A stretch of DNA of 56,593 nucleotides from an uncultured Candidatus Bathyarchaeia archaeon. Lineage in GTDB: Archaea > Thermoproteota > Bathyarchaeia > Bathyarchaeales > DTEX01. Made by a program: the position numbers and the translations under genes. The DNA lies in contig CAZWWD010000001.1 in assembly GCA_964637155.1 (NCBI GenBank), positions 1 to 56,593 of the forward strand. The letters are read 5' to 3'. Below, piece after piece: positions 36,137-45,635 of this stretch (position 1 is its first letter; every line of letters starts with the position of its first letter). Under the pieces are notes generated by a model. That model searched no databases. It saw only the letters and a list, made by a program, of their open reading frames with translations, and was not told the origin of the DNA.

Positions 36137-36991
36137 TCATCCTATGATCTTCAGGTTGTCGATGCTTTCCAAACCTAGGTTTTTAACGGTTTTAACTATA
36201 CCATACTCCACCCCGCTTTTAGGTGTCAAAATAATGGCCCTAATAGAGTTCATCTCCATTTCTCTTGCCCTTAATGTTCTTGCATGTCCATCCAGAATAT
36301 AGTATCTTCCTTCATGTTCAATGCATACTATCGGAACAAGCAATCTCTTTATTGATAGGATTTGCCTCCTTTCCACCTGAGGCTGCGTGGGCACAAGCTC
36401 ATCCAGAGATAAACGTTTAATCTTAAAGTAGAATGGTGTGTCGTAAATCTTTTCGTAATACTTCAGTAATATGATTATTTGACTCCACGCTCTCAGAATC
36501 GGGTCTCTGATGGGCGCAACATCTATCACTGGAATTTCCTCTATTGGCCGTCTCGGCGGGGCTCTATAGCTGACCTCCTCCGGGAAACGCAGAACATAGG
36601 ATTCCACAGTTTCCTCCATCATTTTCGCTAGGATGTAGGAGCGGTGATGCCCATCTAGAACATAATATTCCCCTCCCTTCCTAACGGTTATTATTGGAAC
36701 CCTATAGCCTTCATCAACAATCTTCATGAAGATTAAAGCCAGCTTATCCTTCTCCAGAAAATTCTCGGTTGAACATAGCGATCTAACTGGCAGAACCCTA
36801 AATTCAACGCTTAATTTTGCGCCATAAATCTTTTCTAAGCTAATTTTTATACTCTGAATTCTAGCCGGCAGCCCCTCAGGGGTTGTTAATTCAATTTTGC
36901 GCAAATTCCCCTCAACCACAAAAAAATTCTCTAGAAAGAGTAAATACAGCGTCTCACAAAAATTTATTCGCTTCCACCTAAGTTTTCCCAT
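36137..36991 (-). CDS. Protein with two tandem ParB/Srx-like (ParB N-terminal/nuclease fold) domains
   Basis: Two repeats of the pattern P(I/V)x(V/C)...G(E/R)YY(V/I)LDGH(H/A)R: PIITVRKGGEYYVLDGHHRSYILAK and PIVCIEHEGRYYILDGHARTLRAREM. 284 aa. Confidence 0.6.
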   Translation of the reverse strand: MGKLRWKRINFCETLYLLFLENFFVVEGNLRKIELTTPEGLPARIQSIKISLEKIYGAKLSVEFRVLPVRSLCSTENFLEKDKLALIFMKIVDEGYRVPIITVRKGGEYYVLDGHHRSYILAKMMEETVESYVLRFPEEVSYRAPPRRPIEEIPVIDVAPIRDPILRAWSQIIILLKYYEKIYDTPFYFKIKRLSLDELVPTQPQVERRQILSIKRLLVPIVCIEHEGRYYILDGHARTLRAREMEMNSIRAIILTPKSGVEYGIVKTVKNLGLESIDNLKIIG

Positions 36992-37068
36992 CCTAACATC
37001 ATGATATCATTATAATATTAATGTTATAAGCGTGGATTGAAATACTTTTAAAAGTGGACGGGTAGGCC

Positions 37069-37233
37069 ATGAAAAAATGGGTTTGTAAGGTTTGCGGTTA
37101 CATTTATGACCCTGAAATCGGCGATTCAACTCAGGGAATACCCTCCGGAACCGACTTTAAAAGCCTACCGGATAGCTGGGTGTGCCCAGTATGCGGCGCC
37201 TCAAAGAACATGTTTAGGGAGGTAGATGAGTAA
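37069..37233 (+). CDS. Rubredoxin (54 aa; absent from the supplied ORF track)
   Basis: [54 protein letters not shown]: two CxxCG knuckles and the YIYDP motif. TAA at 37231-37233, 2 nt before the FDP start. Confidence 0.9.
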   Translation: MKKWVCKVCGYIYDPEIGDSTQGIPSGTDFKSLPDSWVCPVCGASKNMFREVDE

Positions 37234-37235
37234 GT

Positions 37236-38420
37236 ATGAGGCCTCGTGCTATAAAAGATGGAGTCTATTGGGTTGGAGCTGTAGATTGGGATCGCCGCTT
37301 ATTTGATGAGCTGATACCTCTTCCGGATGGAACCAGCTATAACGCTTACCTAGTGGTTGGAAGCAATAAAACAGCGTTGATAGATACTGTGGATCCAACT
37401 ATGACCGATATTCTGGTGAAGAATTTAGAGCTTTTAAATGTTAAACGTTTAGATTACGTTGTTGCCAATCATGCTGAGCAGGATCATTCTGGGGCTCTAC
37501 CAACCATACTTGACTTATATCCGGATGCCAAAGTTATTGCTACAGCTCAATGCAAAGATTTGCTCACAAATCTACTGCTTATTCCGGAAGATAAAATTCA
37601 GGTGGTTAAGGATGGCGAAGTAATTTCTTTAGGTAATAAAACGCTGGAGTTCATCCATTTTCCATGGGTTCACTGGCCTGAAACCATGTTAACCTATCTG
37701 CGTGAAGACTCAATTCTCTTTCCATGCGACCTTTTCGGCTCCCATTTAGCAACATCAGATCTCTATGCTGTTGATGAGGCAACAGTCTATGAAGCGGCCA
37801 AAAGATACTTCGCTGAAATAATGATGCCCTTCAGACTGATTATCAAAAGAAACATGGATAAACTAAATAAATTTAAGATAGACATGGTTGCGCCGAGCCA
37901 CGGCCCAATATATCGTAGGCCGAACTTTATACTCGAGGCCTACAGGGACTGGGTTTTTAATCCCCCAAAGAATCTTGTTGTTTTGCCATACATATCCATG
38001 CATGGAAGCACAAAGGCGATGGTTGACTACTTTGTTTCCGCGCTTGTTGAAAGAGGCATAAAGGTTCAGCGGTTTGATCTATCAAAGACGGATATTGGAA
38101 AGCTAGCCATGGCATTGGTTGATGCATCCACTGTGGTTGTAGGCACGCCGACGGTCCTAGGAGGCCCGCATCCTAACGTTCTCTATGCTGTTCACCTAAT
38201 AAGTGCATTAAGACCTAAAATAATGTTTGCCTCGGTCATAGGTTCCTATGGTTGGGGAACAACGGTGATTCAGCAATTAAGTCAGGTGCTCTCGAAGCTG
38301 AAGGTTGAGTTCCTTGAACCAGTATTAGTTAAGGGCTATCCGAAAGAAGAAACATTTAGGGCTTTAGATAGGTTGGCGGATGAAATCTTGGAGCGCCATA
38401 AAAAGCATGGTCTGTCATAA
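37236..38420 (+). CDS. fprA: Flavodiiron protein (metallo-beta-lactamase plus flavodoxin domains; O2/NO reductase)
   Basis: DGVYWVG, di-iron motif HAEQDH, and C-terminal flavodoxin-like domain. 394 aa. Confidence 0.88.
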   Translation: MRPRAIKDGVYWVGAVDWDRRLFDELIPLPDGTSYNAYLVVGSNKTALIDTVDPTMTDILVKNLELLNVKRLDYVVANHAEQDHSGALPTILDLYPDAKVIATAQCKDLLTNLLLIPEDKIQVVKDGEVISLGNKTLEFIHFPWVHWPETMLTYLREDSILFPCDLFGSHLATSDLYAVDEATVYEAAKRYFAEIMMPFRLIIKRNMDKLNKFKIDMVAPSHGPIYRRPNFILEAYRDWVFNPPKNLVVLPYISMHGSTKAMVDYFVSALVERGIKVQRFDLSKTDIGKLAMALVDASTVVVGTPTVLGGPHPNVLYAVHLISALRPKIMFASVIGSYGWGTTVIQQLSQVLSKLKVEFLEPVLVKGYPKEETFRALDRLADEILERHKKHGLS

Positions 38421-38562
38421 TGGATATAAAAACAGCTAAGTAATCCATACCTTCCTTTTTTCTTTTTAGATGTTTCTATTGATCCTGCTTTCCAAAATAA
38501 AAGAAAAAGAATATTGGGTTTGTAGTCGCCAGCAATAATCCCCTTAGTATGTCCTCAGCTTT

Positions 38563-39042
38563 TCATCCGCCAGGTGAACCATGGAATGGGACATTACGCC
38601 AGAGAACATCCCACCATTCTTCCTCAGTTATTGTTTCCCCCTTAACTAAAATCTCTAGAACCCTTTTTAGAAGCTCGTGATGTCTCTTCTCATCCTCTAA
38701 AATAGCGTTTAATAGGAGCTTTATCTTTTCATTTTTTACTGACGGAAGCACCCTACTTATCTTCTTTATTAGATCCGCCTCTATGCGTATATGTTTCTCA
38801 ACTAATTCCCTTTGCTTATCTAGCTGTTCCTGAGTTAAGGCGGGTGATATCCCCGTTAGCAGTTCTAGGGCCGCTGAATACATTTCACCATGCTTCATGG
38901 AATCAAAAGATATGCCTTTCAAGGTTTCCTTAACAACCGGGTTACTTATATCCGCCACGCCTTTATTTAGTGAGTCAACAATTTCATTTTCTACCTTAAT
39001 CTGCTCTTTGATAAATTTAATTAATTCATCTTCTAAACTCAT
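38563..39042 (-). CDS. Ferritin-like / rubrerythrin-family four-helix-bundle protein
   Basis: 159 aa. Repeated helical E...H-type motifs (DSMKHGEMY; EDEKRHHELL). No rubredoxin domain. Confidence 0.5.
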   Translation of the reverse strand: MSLEDELIKFIKEQIKVENEIVDSLNKGVADISNPVVKETLKGISFDSMKHGEMYSAALELLTGISPALTQEQLDKQRELVEKHIRIEADLIKKISRVLPSVKNEKIKLLLNAILEDEKRHHELLKRVLEILVKGETITEEEWWDVLWRNVPFHGSPGG

Positions 39043-39194
39043 CTGTAAAATCTCTCTACAAATATTCTTATTTTCCCGTATTTAAAATGAACTCCATGAT
39101 GAATAAACCTTTCCCTTTTTTCCAGATATTAATTTAAAAATAAAAATGGTCTTCTCGACTTTAATCGACCAGCTATGCTATGTATTTTGTCCTA

Positions 39195-42100
39195 TTAAGA
39201 TATGCCTATAATTCTCTTCTTGTCTCTAACCCAAGCCATCAGTATTTCATGGACGAAGCTTATGGTTCTATCTATCACGCTTTCAGGAATGCCGGGGGTA
39301 ATCGGCTCCGACTTCAGCCTAATCCGATAGTATTCTTCACCTGGACTCTTTATCAAGATTAAAACATTTTTTGTCCCAATCCTTTTCTCCGGGGCTCCAA
39401 AATAATAGGCGAATTTAATATTTTTTATAAGCTCGCCTCTAACGCTCTCTATTTCCGGAGCCTCCTCAATCTCCTCGGTTCTCTCCATATAGCCGCTCCT
39501 TAAATCACTTAAGCGATCTAAGAAGTAGCTTACAAAAAACTCCTTCTCGTTGGTTAATATCCTCACCGGCATACTTACTTCCCTAGCCTCGTAAACCTTG
39601 AATATTTCTTCTTTACGCTTCTCCATCTCCTCCTTAAGCACCTTAACCTTCTTTATTCTTGAGGGCGTGTATGCTTTAACAGCCATTGTGGCCGGTCTCA
39701 TGGCGGATAAAACCGAAATTAATATGGCTAGGGCGAAGCCTAGAGCGCTCCACCACCACTCAAGTTTCTCTCTAACCATTAGATCCTGACCGAAAACTAT
39801 CATGAGTCTATAAAATCCTAATCCAGCTAAGTACCCTAGGCTTCCGCCAACCATCCCCATAACCGTTGCTTCAGCTACGAAGGTTAATCCTATGTGGGTT
39901 GGATTTAATCCAAGCATTGAGAGCACCCGGATCTCTTTGCTTCGTTCATATGCGCTGTTAACCATAACCATGCTGACGTTTAAAATCACCATGATCATCG
40001 GGATGAGTAATTCAGCGACGCCCTTAAACTCAATATAGGAGCCGAAATGATAATAAGTAATCATATTGTTTGAAGAAACAAATACGTCATAACCATAGAC
40101 GGAAACAATTTTCTTAATGCCAGCTTCTACGTTACTCATAGTGCTTGGCTGAAAAACAATTTCAGAGAGCTGAACGAGCTGCGGGGAAACTATCTTGCGC
40201 TTGCGCGCAACATCATCTATAATCCTCTGTATTCTATCAGCTGTCTTCAAGTTAATTATCATTATTTCGGTGCTATTGCATCTTCTCACTCCTCCATCCT
40301 CAAGAAGGCGGGATGGGCCAAAATGGCTGCCATCAATATCGATTAACCCTTCGTATTCATCATCATTGATTAAACCTCTAACGGTGAGGGGTTCGCTTAC
40401 CGCTACATCCATGATTTCTAGTGTTACGTTGTCTCCAATTTTAACGCCTAGCTCCTTTGCTACGCTGGAGCTTATGAGAACTTCACCGTAGGCTTCGTCG
40501 CTTAAGTATTTTCCTTCGACGATTTCATCGAGATTCGTGTAGAGGCTTTCGTTTTTAGGCGATATGGCGATAATGCCATAGATAAAGTGGAAGCTTTTCG
40601 CATTAGGGTTTATAAGTCGAGCTATGGGATCAGCCCTCGGAATATTTTTCTCCCTTAATGCAACATTAACCATAGGTATAATCTCAGAAATGGCGGCTAT
40701 ATCCCCGTATCCAAGCGGAGAGAAAAGAAGCGAAGAACCATTGATCATCTTCCTTACGAGAATTCCCTCCGATGGAGGGGTGGCGTTCACGGTTTCAGAG
40801 ACTATTCCAATAACTGTTCCAAAAGACGTTAGCGAAGTAAACGTTAAAACGAGAATACATATCGAAAATATCGTGAAGAAGCCACGTATTTTTTTACGTT
40901 TTATCTGACGCTTACCCATAGAGAAAATTATTGTTATGGCGCTTCTCCACGAAACCTCCCCCTCTACAGTTCTCTCCTTCCAAACACGCGGTATGCCAAA
41001 AACTATGGCGAAAACCACGGCGAAGGATACGAAAGCGGACTCCAGAAAAAGTAGGAGGTTCTCGTCGATTATTGCATGTGCGCCGGGATGAACAAAATAA
41101 AGAACTATCAAAAAAACAACGTAAAATAGTATGCTTGAAATTATTTTCTTCTTGTTTTTCTCAAAGAAAAAGAAGGCTAGAACTATGCTGAAAACAGCTG
41201 TCACCGCTGAAAGATAAACGGCGTTAGTTTTGCCTATAAAATACTTATTTTGTATCACCATGGAAATGTAATTTAAGCTGCCAAGCACCTCCCGAAGCAT
41301 TAGCCAGACCCTTTTAAACTCCTCGTCTCTCCGCGCCCTTTGGAGAAGATACTCCGCCTCCATCTTCTCTTGATAAATGTTTGCCATGGTTCTTTCCTCG
41401 TCAAAAACATTGAATCCAACGGATCGAGCGTCATAGATTTCTTGGTAAACCCTTTTCATAATCGAATTGATGTATTCCACTCCTCTCTCAAGACTGTAGG
41501 GTGAAATCTTAATGGCTAAAAACTCTCCTTGAGGCATTACGAAGGGTAACGATTCATTGCTTATAGTGAAGACTTCATTTTTGACGGATATTCGCCATTG
41601 CTCCGTCGAAAGAAACCAAAGTTTAGTTTCAAGGACAAACGGCATATTTGCTGGAACAATAACCATTTTTCTGCTTAGACCTAGCATAAAAGCGTCCGGT
41701 GTACTGCCGTATTCCCGAATAAATGAGTAATTGGCTAGATTTCCCCCTAAAACCCTCACTCTCACAATCATATACCGCTCTTCTGCACTCGGTGACTGAA
41801 CAATGTAGGGGACGCCCTCTAACTCCACCAGCGCGCCCGGAACCAATAGCAAAGTTATATTTAATTTCCTGCTTTCATCAAAAGTTATTTCTCTTTTAAC
41901 CGGAACATAATCAACAACGTTCGTTTCAAAGTTACCTTTGTAGGCATATAACCAGTAGATATGCTCCGCCTTCAGATACTCTCCGGAAATGCTGCATTCG
42001 CCCTTATCATCGGTAAAATAGATGCCAGCGCCCAATTTTGGCTTACTAAAAGTAGAAAGATCCCACAAAATTATTTTGGCATTCTGGATTGGCTGATAGG

Positions 42101-42344
42101 TTACAGCATCTAAAACCCTTATATTTATTGCCCTCATATCTATTGAAACTGAAGCTTCAGGCTGCCCGGCGACGTCGAGTTTCTGCTTCTCTGAGGAAGG
42201 AGAAATCATGCGGCACTGAACAATATTAGCGTATCTCTCAGCGTGAGGCGAAAATAAAAAATTTGATGGATAGATTATTCCTGATATGAGCAGTAATAAA
42301 GAAACGAATAATAATAGTGTTGTTGCATGTGTTTTTCTTAGCAT
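39195..42344 (-). CDS. Large multi-domain membrane protein with C-terminal FtsX/MacB-type permease module
   Basis: 1049 aa. N-terminal signal anchor, beta-rich exo-domain of about 370 aa, TM cluster, K/R-rich loop, TM, extracytoplasmic domain of about 240 aa, then three TMs with an FtsX-like segment (RVLSMLGLNPTHIGLTFVAEATVMGMVGGSLGYLAG), then a soluble tail of about 170 aa. Confidence 0.65.
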   Translation of the reverse strand: MLRKTHATTLLLFVSLLLLISGIIYPSNFLFSPHAERYANIVQCRMISPSSEKQKLDVAGQPEASVSIDMRAINIRVLDAVTYQPIQNAKIILWDLSTFSKPKLGAGIYFTDDKGECSISGEYLKAEHIYWLYAYKGNFETNVVDYVPVKREITFDESRKLNITLLLVPGALVELEGVPYIVQSPSAEERYMIVRVRVLGGNLANYSFIREYGSTPDAFMLGLSRKMVIVPANMPFVLETKLWFLSTEQWRISVKNEVFTISNESLPFVMPQGEFLAIKISPYSLERGVEYINSIMKRVYQEIYDARSVGFNVFDEERTMANIYQEKMEAEYLLQRARRDEEFKRVWLMLREVLGSLNYISMVIQNKYFIGKTNAVYLSAVTAVFSIVLAFFFFEKNKKKIISSILFYVVFLIVLYFVHPGAHAIIDENLLLFLESAFVSFAVVFAIVFGIPRVWKERTVEGEVSWRSAITIIFSMGKRQIKRKKIRGFFTIFSICILVLTFTSLTSFGTVIGIVSETVNATPPSEGILVRKMINGSSLLFSPLGYGDIAAISEIIPMVNVALREKNIPRADPIARLINPNAKSFHFIYGIIAISPKNESLYTNLDEIVEGKYLSDEAYGEVLISSSVAKELGVKIGDNVTLEIMDVAVSEPLTVRGLINDDEYEGLIDIDGSHFGPSRLLEDGGVRRCNSTEIMIINLKTADRIQRIIDDVARKRKIVSPQLVQLSEIVFQPSTMSNVEAGIKKIVSVYGYDVFVSSNNMITYYHFGSYIEFKGVAELLIPMIMVILNVSMVMVNSAYERSKEIRVLSMLGLNPTHIGLTFVAEATVMGMVGGSLGYLAGLGFYRLMIVFGQDLMVREKLEWWWSALGFALAILISVLSAMRPATMAVKAYTPSRIKKVKVLKEEMEKRKEEIFKVYEAREVSMPVRILTNEKEFFVSYFLDRLSDLRSGYMERTEEIEEAPEIESVRGELIKNIKFAYYFGAPEKRIGTKNVLILIKSPGEEYYRIRLKSEPITPGIPESVIDRTISFVHEILMAWVRDKKRIIGIS

Positions 42345-42454
42345 TTTCCATCAACGTCCTAAATTTCTAAGGTACTATTCAAACTTAAGTTTTTTGCGAT
42401 AAACAAAGAATTTTTATTTTTTCATCCCTATTGTTTGGATAGTGGCGAAGAGAC

Positions 42455-43681
42455 ATGAGTGAAATAACGCCTTTTAGGCTTCTTATATCACGTGAAAAAG
42501 CCGTGAAAACAGTTTTAGAGTTTGTTAAACCTGTTGATCGAACCGAGCTTATCCCAATTGAGAAAGCTGTAAACCGGGTCTTAGCGAAGAATCTTGTGGC
42601 TAATATGGATGTTCCCCCATTTGATAGAGCCGCTATGGATGGGTACGCTGTAAAAGCCGAAGACACATATGGGGCCTCCGATTTTAATCCGAAAACCCTA
42701 AAAATTGTAGGCGTATTACACGCTGGAGAATCAACCAGCAAAAGCATAAATCACGGGGAATGCATGCGCATAGCTACTGGCTGCCCAATACCGCCCGGCG
42801 CGGACGCCGTTGTCATGGCTGAATTTGCGAGTGAAAGTAAAGATGGAAAAACCGTATCAATCTTTAGAGCTGTACATCCATTAGCGAATATTTCGCCGAA
42901 AGGCGAGGACATAAAGAAGGGTGAAGTCATCTTAAGTGAAGGTGAAATTTTAACTCCCGCTAAAATAGGGGTTTTCGCCGCCTTAGGCTTAAGAAAAGCA
43001 GTGGTTTATCAGAAGCCCCGTGTGGCAATTATTCCAACCGGCACGGAGATCCGTGAACCCGGCTTCGAACTTAACAAGGGACAGGTTTACGACGTGAACT
43101 CCTACACTTTAACCTCCCTTCTCCTAACGAATGGTGCTCTAGTATCCAGAGCCCCAATAATTCCAGATACTTACGAAGCTCTAAGAAGCGCTTTACATCG
43201 CTTTCTGGAGGGCTATGACCTAATAGTTTTTTCAGGTGGAAGCTCGGTTGGAGAACGCGACATACTGGCAGATATAATCGAGAAGGAGGGGAAGCTCCTA
43301 TTCCATGGGGTTCAAATAAAGCCTGGTAAACCGACGCTTTTCGGCGTAGTTAAAGGGAAACCCGTCTTAGGTATGCCGGGCTATCCAACCTCATGTCTAA
43401 GTAATGCCTATGTTTTCCTAATACCGGCAATACGGAAAATGGCTAGATTACCCCCCAAAAAACCAACCGTTATTAGAGCCAAGATGGCTAAGCGGATTGT
43501 TTCAGCCTCTGGGCGTGAACAATTTCTCCCCGTTAAGATAGCTGATGGAAAAGCCTACCCAGTCTTCAAGAAGTCCGGTGACATAACAAGCCTATCAAAA
43601 GCTGACGGATACATAATTCTGCCAGTCAACCTAGACGTGATAGAAGAAGGCGAGGAGGTGACGGTTACCCTATTTGAGTAA
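42455..43681 (+). CDS. moeA: Molybdopterin molybdenumtransferase MoeA
   Basis: PPFDRAAMDGYAV, GADAVV, GGSSVGERD, and PGKP...GMPGYPTSC motifs. 408 aa. Confidence 0.9.
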   Translation: MSEITPFRLLISREKAVKTVLEFVKPVDRTELIPIEKAVNRVLAKNLVANMDVPPFDRAAMDGYAVKAEDTYGASDFNPKTLKIVGVLHAGESTSKSINHGECMRIATGCPIPPGADAVVMAEFASESKDGKTVSIFRAVHPLANISPKGEDIKKGEVILSEGEILTPAKIGVFAALGLRKAVVYQKPRVAIIPTGTEIREPGFELNKGQVYDVNSYTLTSLLLTNGALVSRAPIIPDTYEALRSALHRFLEGYDLIVFSGGSSVGERDILADIIEKEGKLLFHGVQIKPGKPTLFGVVKGKPVLGMPGYPTSCLSNAYVFLIPAIRKMARLPPKKPTVIRAKMAKRIVSASGREQFLPVKIADGKAYPVFKKSGDITSLSKADGYIILPVNLDVIEEGEEVTVTLFE

Positions 43682-43866
43682 CCCCTTTTTTATCGAAAAA
43701 TGCCACTTTAAAGTTTTTAAAGTTAATAACGGTAGTAACATTTAACATTTCTATCATACCAGTTTGGTTTCCGCCCAATTATGGTGCAATATATTTAAAT
43801 GTGATTCTCATTATTATAGGATAAAGAATAATTCAAGACTCAAAATATATCCAAAGGGGTAGTCGC

Positions 43867-44175
43867 TTGGGCAAGAAGAAGGTTATTAGCGAAGAAGAAA
43901 TGAATGAGCTGGTGCTTCCGGCGGGAACCGATGTCCTAGGGATAGCTGTGAAGCTGCTCGGCTACGACCGTGTACTAGTTAAATGCCAAGATGGACACGA
44001 GCGCATATGCCGAATAAGAGGCAAACTTAAAAGGAGATTCTGGATAAGAGTCGGCGACGTTGTCCTCGTCTCTCCATGGGACTTTCAATTTGAGACCCGC
44101 GGGGACATAATCTGGCGCTACACTAGAGGTCAGGCGGAAAATCTCCGTAAGATGGGTCTTTTAACGATTGAGTAA
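43867..44175 (+). CDS. eif1a: Translation initiation factor aIF-1A
   Basis: S1-like OB fold: CQDGHERICRIRGKLKRRFWIRVGDVVLVSPWDFQ. 102 aa. Confidence 0.92.
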   Translation: MGKKKVISEEEMNELVLPAGTDVLGIAVKLLGYDRVLVKCQDGHERICRIRGKLKRRFWIRVGDVVLVSPWDFQFETRGDIIWRYTRGQAENLRKMGLLTIE

Positions 44176-44200
44176 AACCTTTTTGGATGGTTTTTAAGGC

Positions 44201-45001
44201 ATGTCGCTCAGTGACAAAATACGGAAAAAGCTCGAGCGGAAAGAGAAAACGTACGAAAGTAAGCAGCTAATGAAGGAGAAGCGTAGTGAAGAGTATGAAG
44301 TTCTTGAAGAAGTTTTTGATCGCTCAACCCTTATGACAATATATGATTTCATGAATAGAGGTGAAATAAAAGAGATATATGGGGTTGTTAATTCAGGTAA
44401 GGAATCACGAATTTACTGGGGGATAAACTCTAATGGCGAGGAAATCGCCATAAAAATATTTTTGACAGTTTCAGCCGAATTCAGAAAAGGCAGACTCCCA
44501 TATATTCTTGGAGACCCAAGATTTAAAAGCGTTAGAAGAGACCTAAGAAGCCTAGTTCTCTTGTGGGCTCAAAAAGAATTTAAAAATTTGAATTTGGCTT
44601 ACGATGCTAAGGTTAGGGTTCCCCGCCCAATAGCCATAAAAAATAATGTGCTTCTCATGGAGTTTATAGGCAAAAACGGGATAAGCGCCCCGCTTCTTAA
44701 GGAGGTTGAGCTTAAAAATCCTGAGAGAATGTACCGTCTTATTCTCCTACATGTTAAAAGGCTTTATAGGGGAGCTGGATTAGTTCACGGCGACCTAAGC
44801 GAATACAACGTTATGGTTTGGAGAGGTAGACCCGTTTTATTCGACTTCTCTCAAGCGGTTCCAGTTGAGCACCCAAGTTCACATCAATTCCTTATCAGAG
44901 ACATAGAAAACATAAACCGATACTTCTCAAAGCTAGGCGTAAACATAATTGAGACTGAAGAAGCATTTAAGGTGATCACCGGTGTCACAGCTATTCGCTA
45001 G
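44201..45001 (+). CDS. rio1: RIO-type serine/threonine kinase Rio1
   Basis: SGKESRIYWG, IAIKIF and HGDLSEYNV motifs. 266 aa. Canonical aIF1A-Rio1-KH order. Confidence 0.9.
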   Translation: MSLSDKIRKKLERKEKTYESKQLMKEKRSEEYEVLEEVFDRSTLMTIYDFMNRGEIKEIYGVVNSGKESRIYWGINSNGEEIAIKIFLTVSAEFRKGRLPYILGDPRFKSVRRDLRSLVLLWAQKEFKNLNLAYDAKVRVPRPIAIKNNVLLMEFIGKNGISAPLLKEVELKNPERMYRLILLHVKRLYRGAGLVHGDLSEYNVMVWRGRPVLFDFSQAVPVEHPSSHQFLIRDIENINRYFSKLGVNIIETEEAFKVITGVTAIR

Positions 45002-45557
45002 AATACCAAAAGAAAGAATTGGGGTTCTAATAGGGGCGAATGGCAGCGTTAAAGAGTACATAGAGAGAAAGCTGCCAGTTAAACTTGACATCAACAGTGA
45101 AACCGGCGACGTCATCATAACCCTAAAGGAAGGCGCTGAAGACCCATCATTACTCTTTAAAGCCAAAGATGTGGTTTTAGCTATTGGCAGAGGCTTCTCA
45201 CCTGAACGCGCATTTAGGCTCCTAGACGAGGAGGACTGCATCCTCGAGATAATCGACTTAAGAAGCATACTGGGCAGGTCGGAGTCAGCTCTAAAAAGGA
45301 TTAAGGGAAGAATTATTGGCAGAGATGGTAAAACCAGAGCAATAATTGAGGAGATGAGTGGAGCACTAGTATCGGTTTATGGGCATACGGTTGCAATAAT
45401 AGGCGACTTCGATCAAGTTAGTGTGGCGCGTGAAGCAGTAAATATGCTCATAAACGGTAGCGAGCATGCAAGTGTCTACAGGTTTCTCCAGAGGAAGCGG
45501 CAGGAGATCAAAAGAAGAAGATTCGAGCTTTGGGAGGGCAGCTCCCTATTACCGTGA
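44982..45557 (+). CDS. KH-domain RNA-binding protein (Dim2/Pno1-like)
   Basis: Two KH-like modules (IGVLIGANGSVKEYIE; GRIIGRDGKTRAIIEE). Overlaps the rio1 end. 191 aa. Confidence 0.75.
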   Translation: MSQLFARIPKERIGVLIGANGSVKEYIERKLPVKLDINSETGDVIITLKEGAEDPSLLFKAKDVVLAIGRGFSPERAFRLLDEEDCILEIIDLRSILGRSESALKRIKGRIIGRDGKTRAIIEEMSGALVSVYGHTVAIIGDFDQVSVAREAVNMLINGSEHASVYRFLQRKRQEIKRRRFELWEGSSLLP

Positions 45558-45635
45558 TCTAAACGAGCATGACAAGAACATATATCTACCACTATTTCAA
45601 AAATTAGGTTTAAGTCTCCCCTCGGAAAAAGGAGC

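Noticed and set aside
39085-39125. AUGAUGA (C-box-like) in the spacer between the ferritin-like gene and the large membrane protein
   Set aside because: No matching D/D' boxes or terminal pairing were found. The region is A/T-rich promoter-like sequence.
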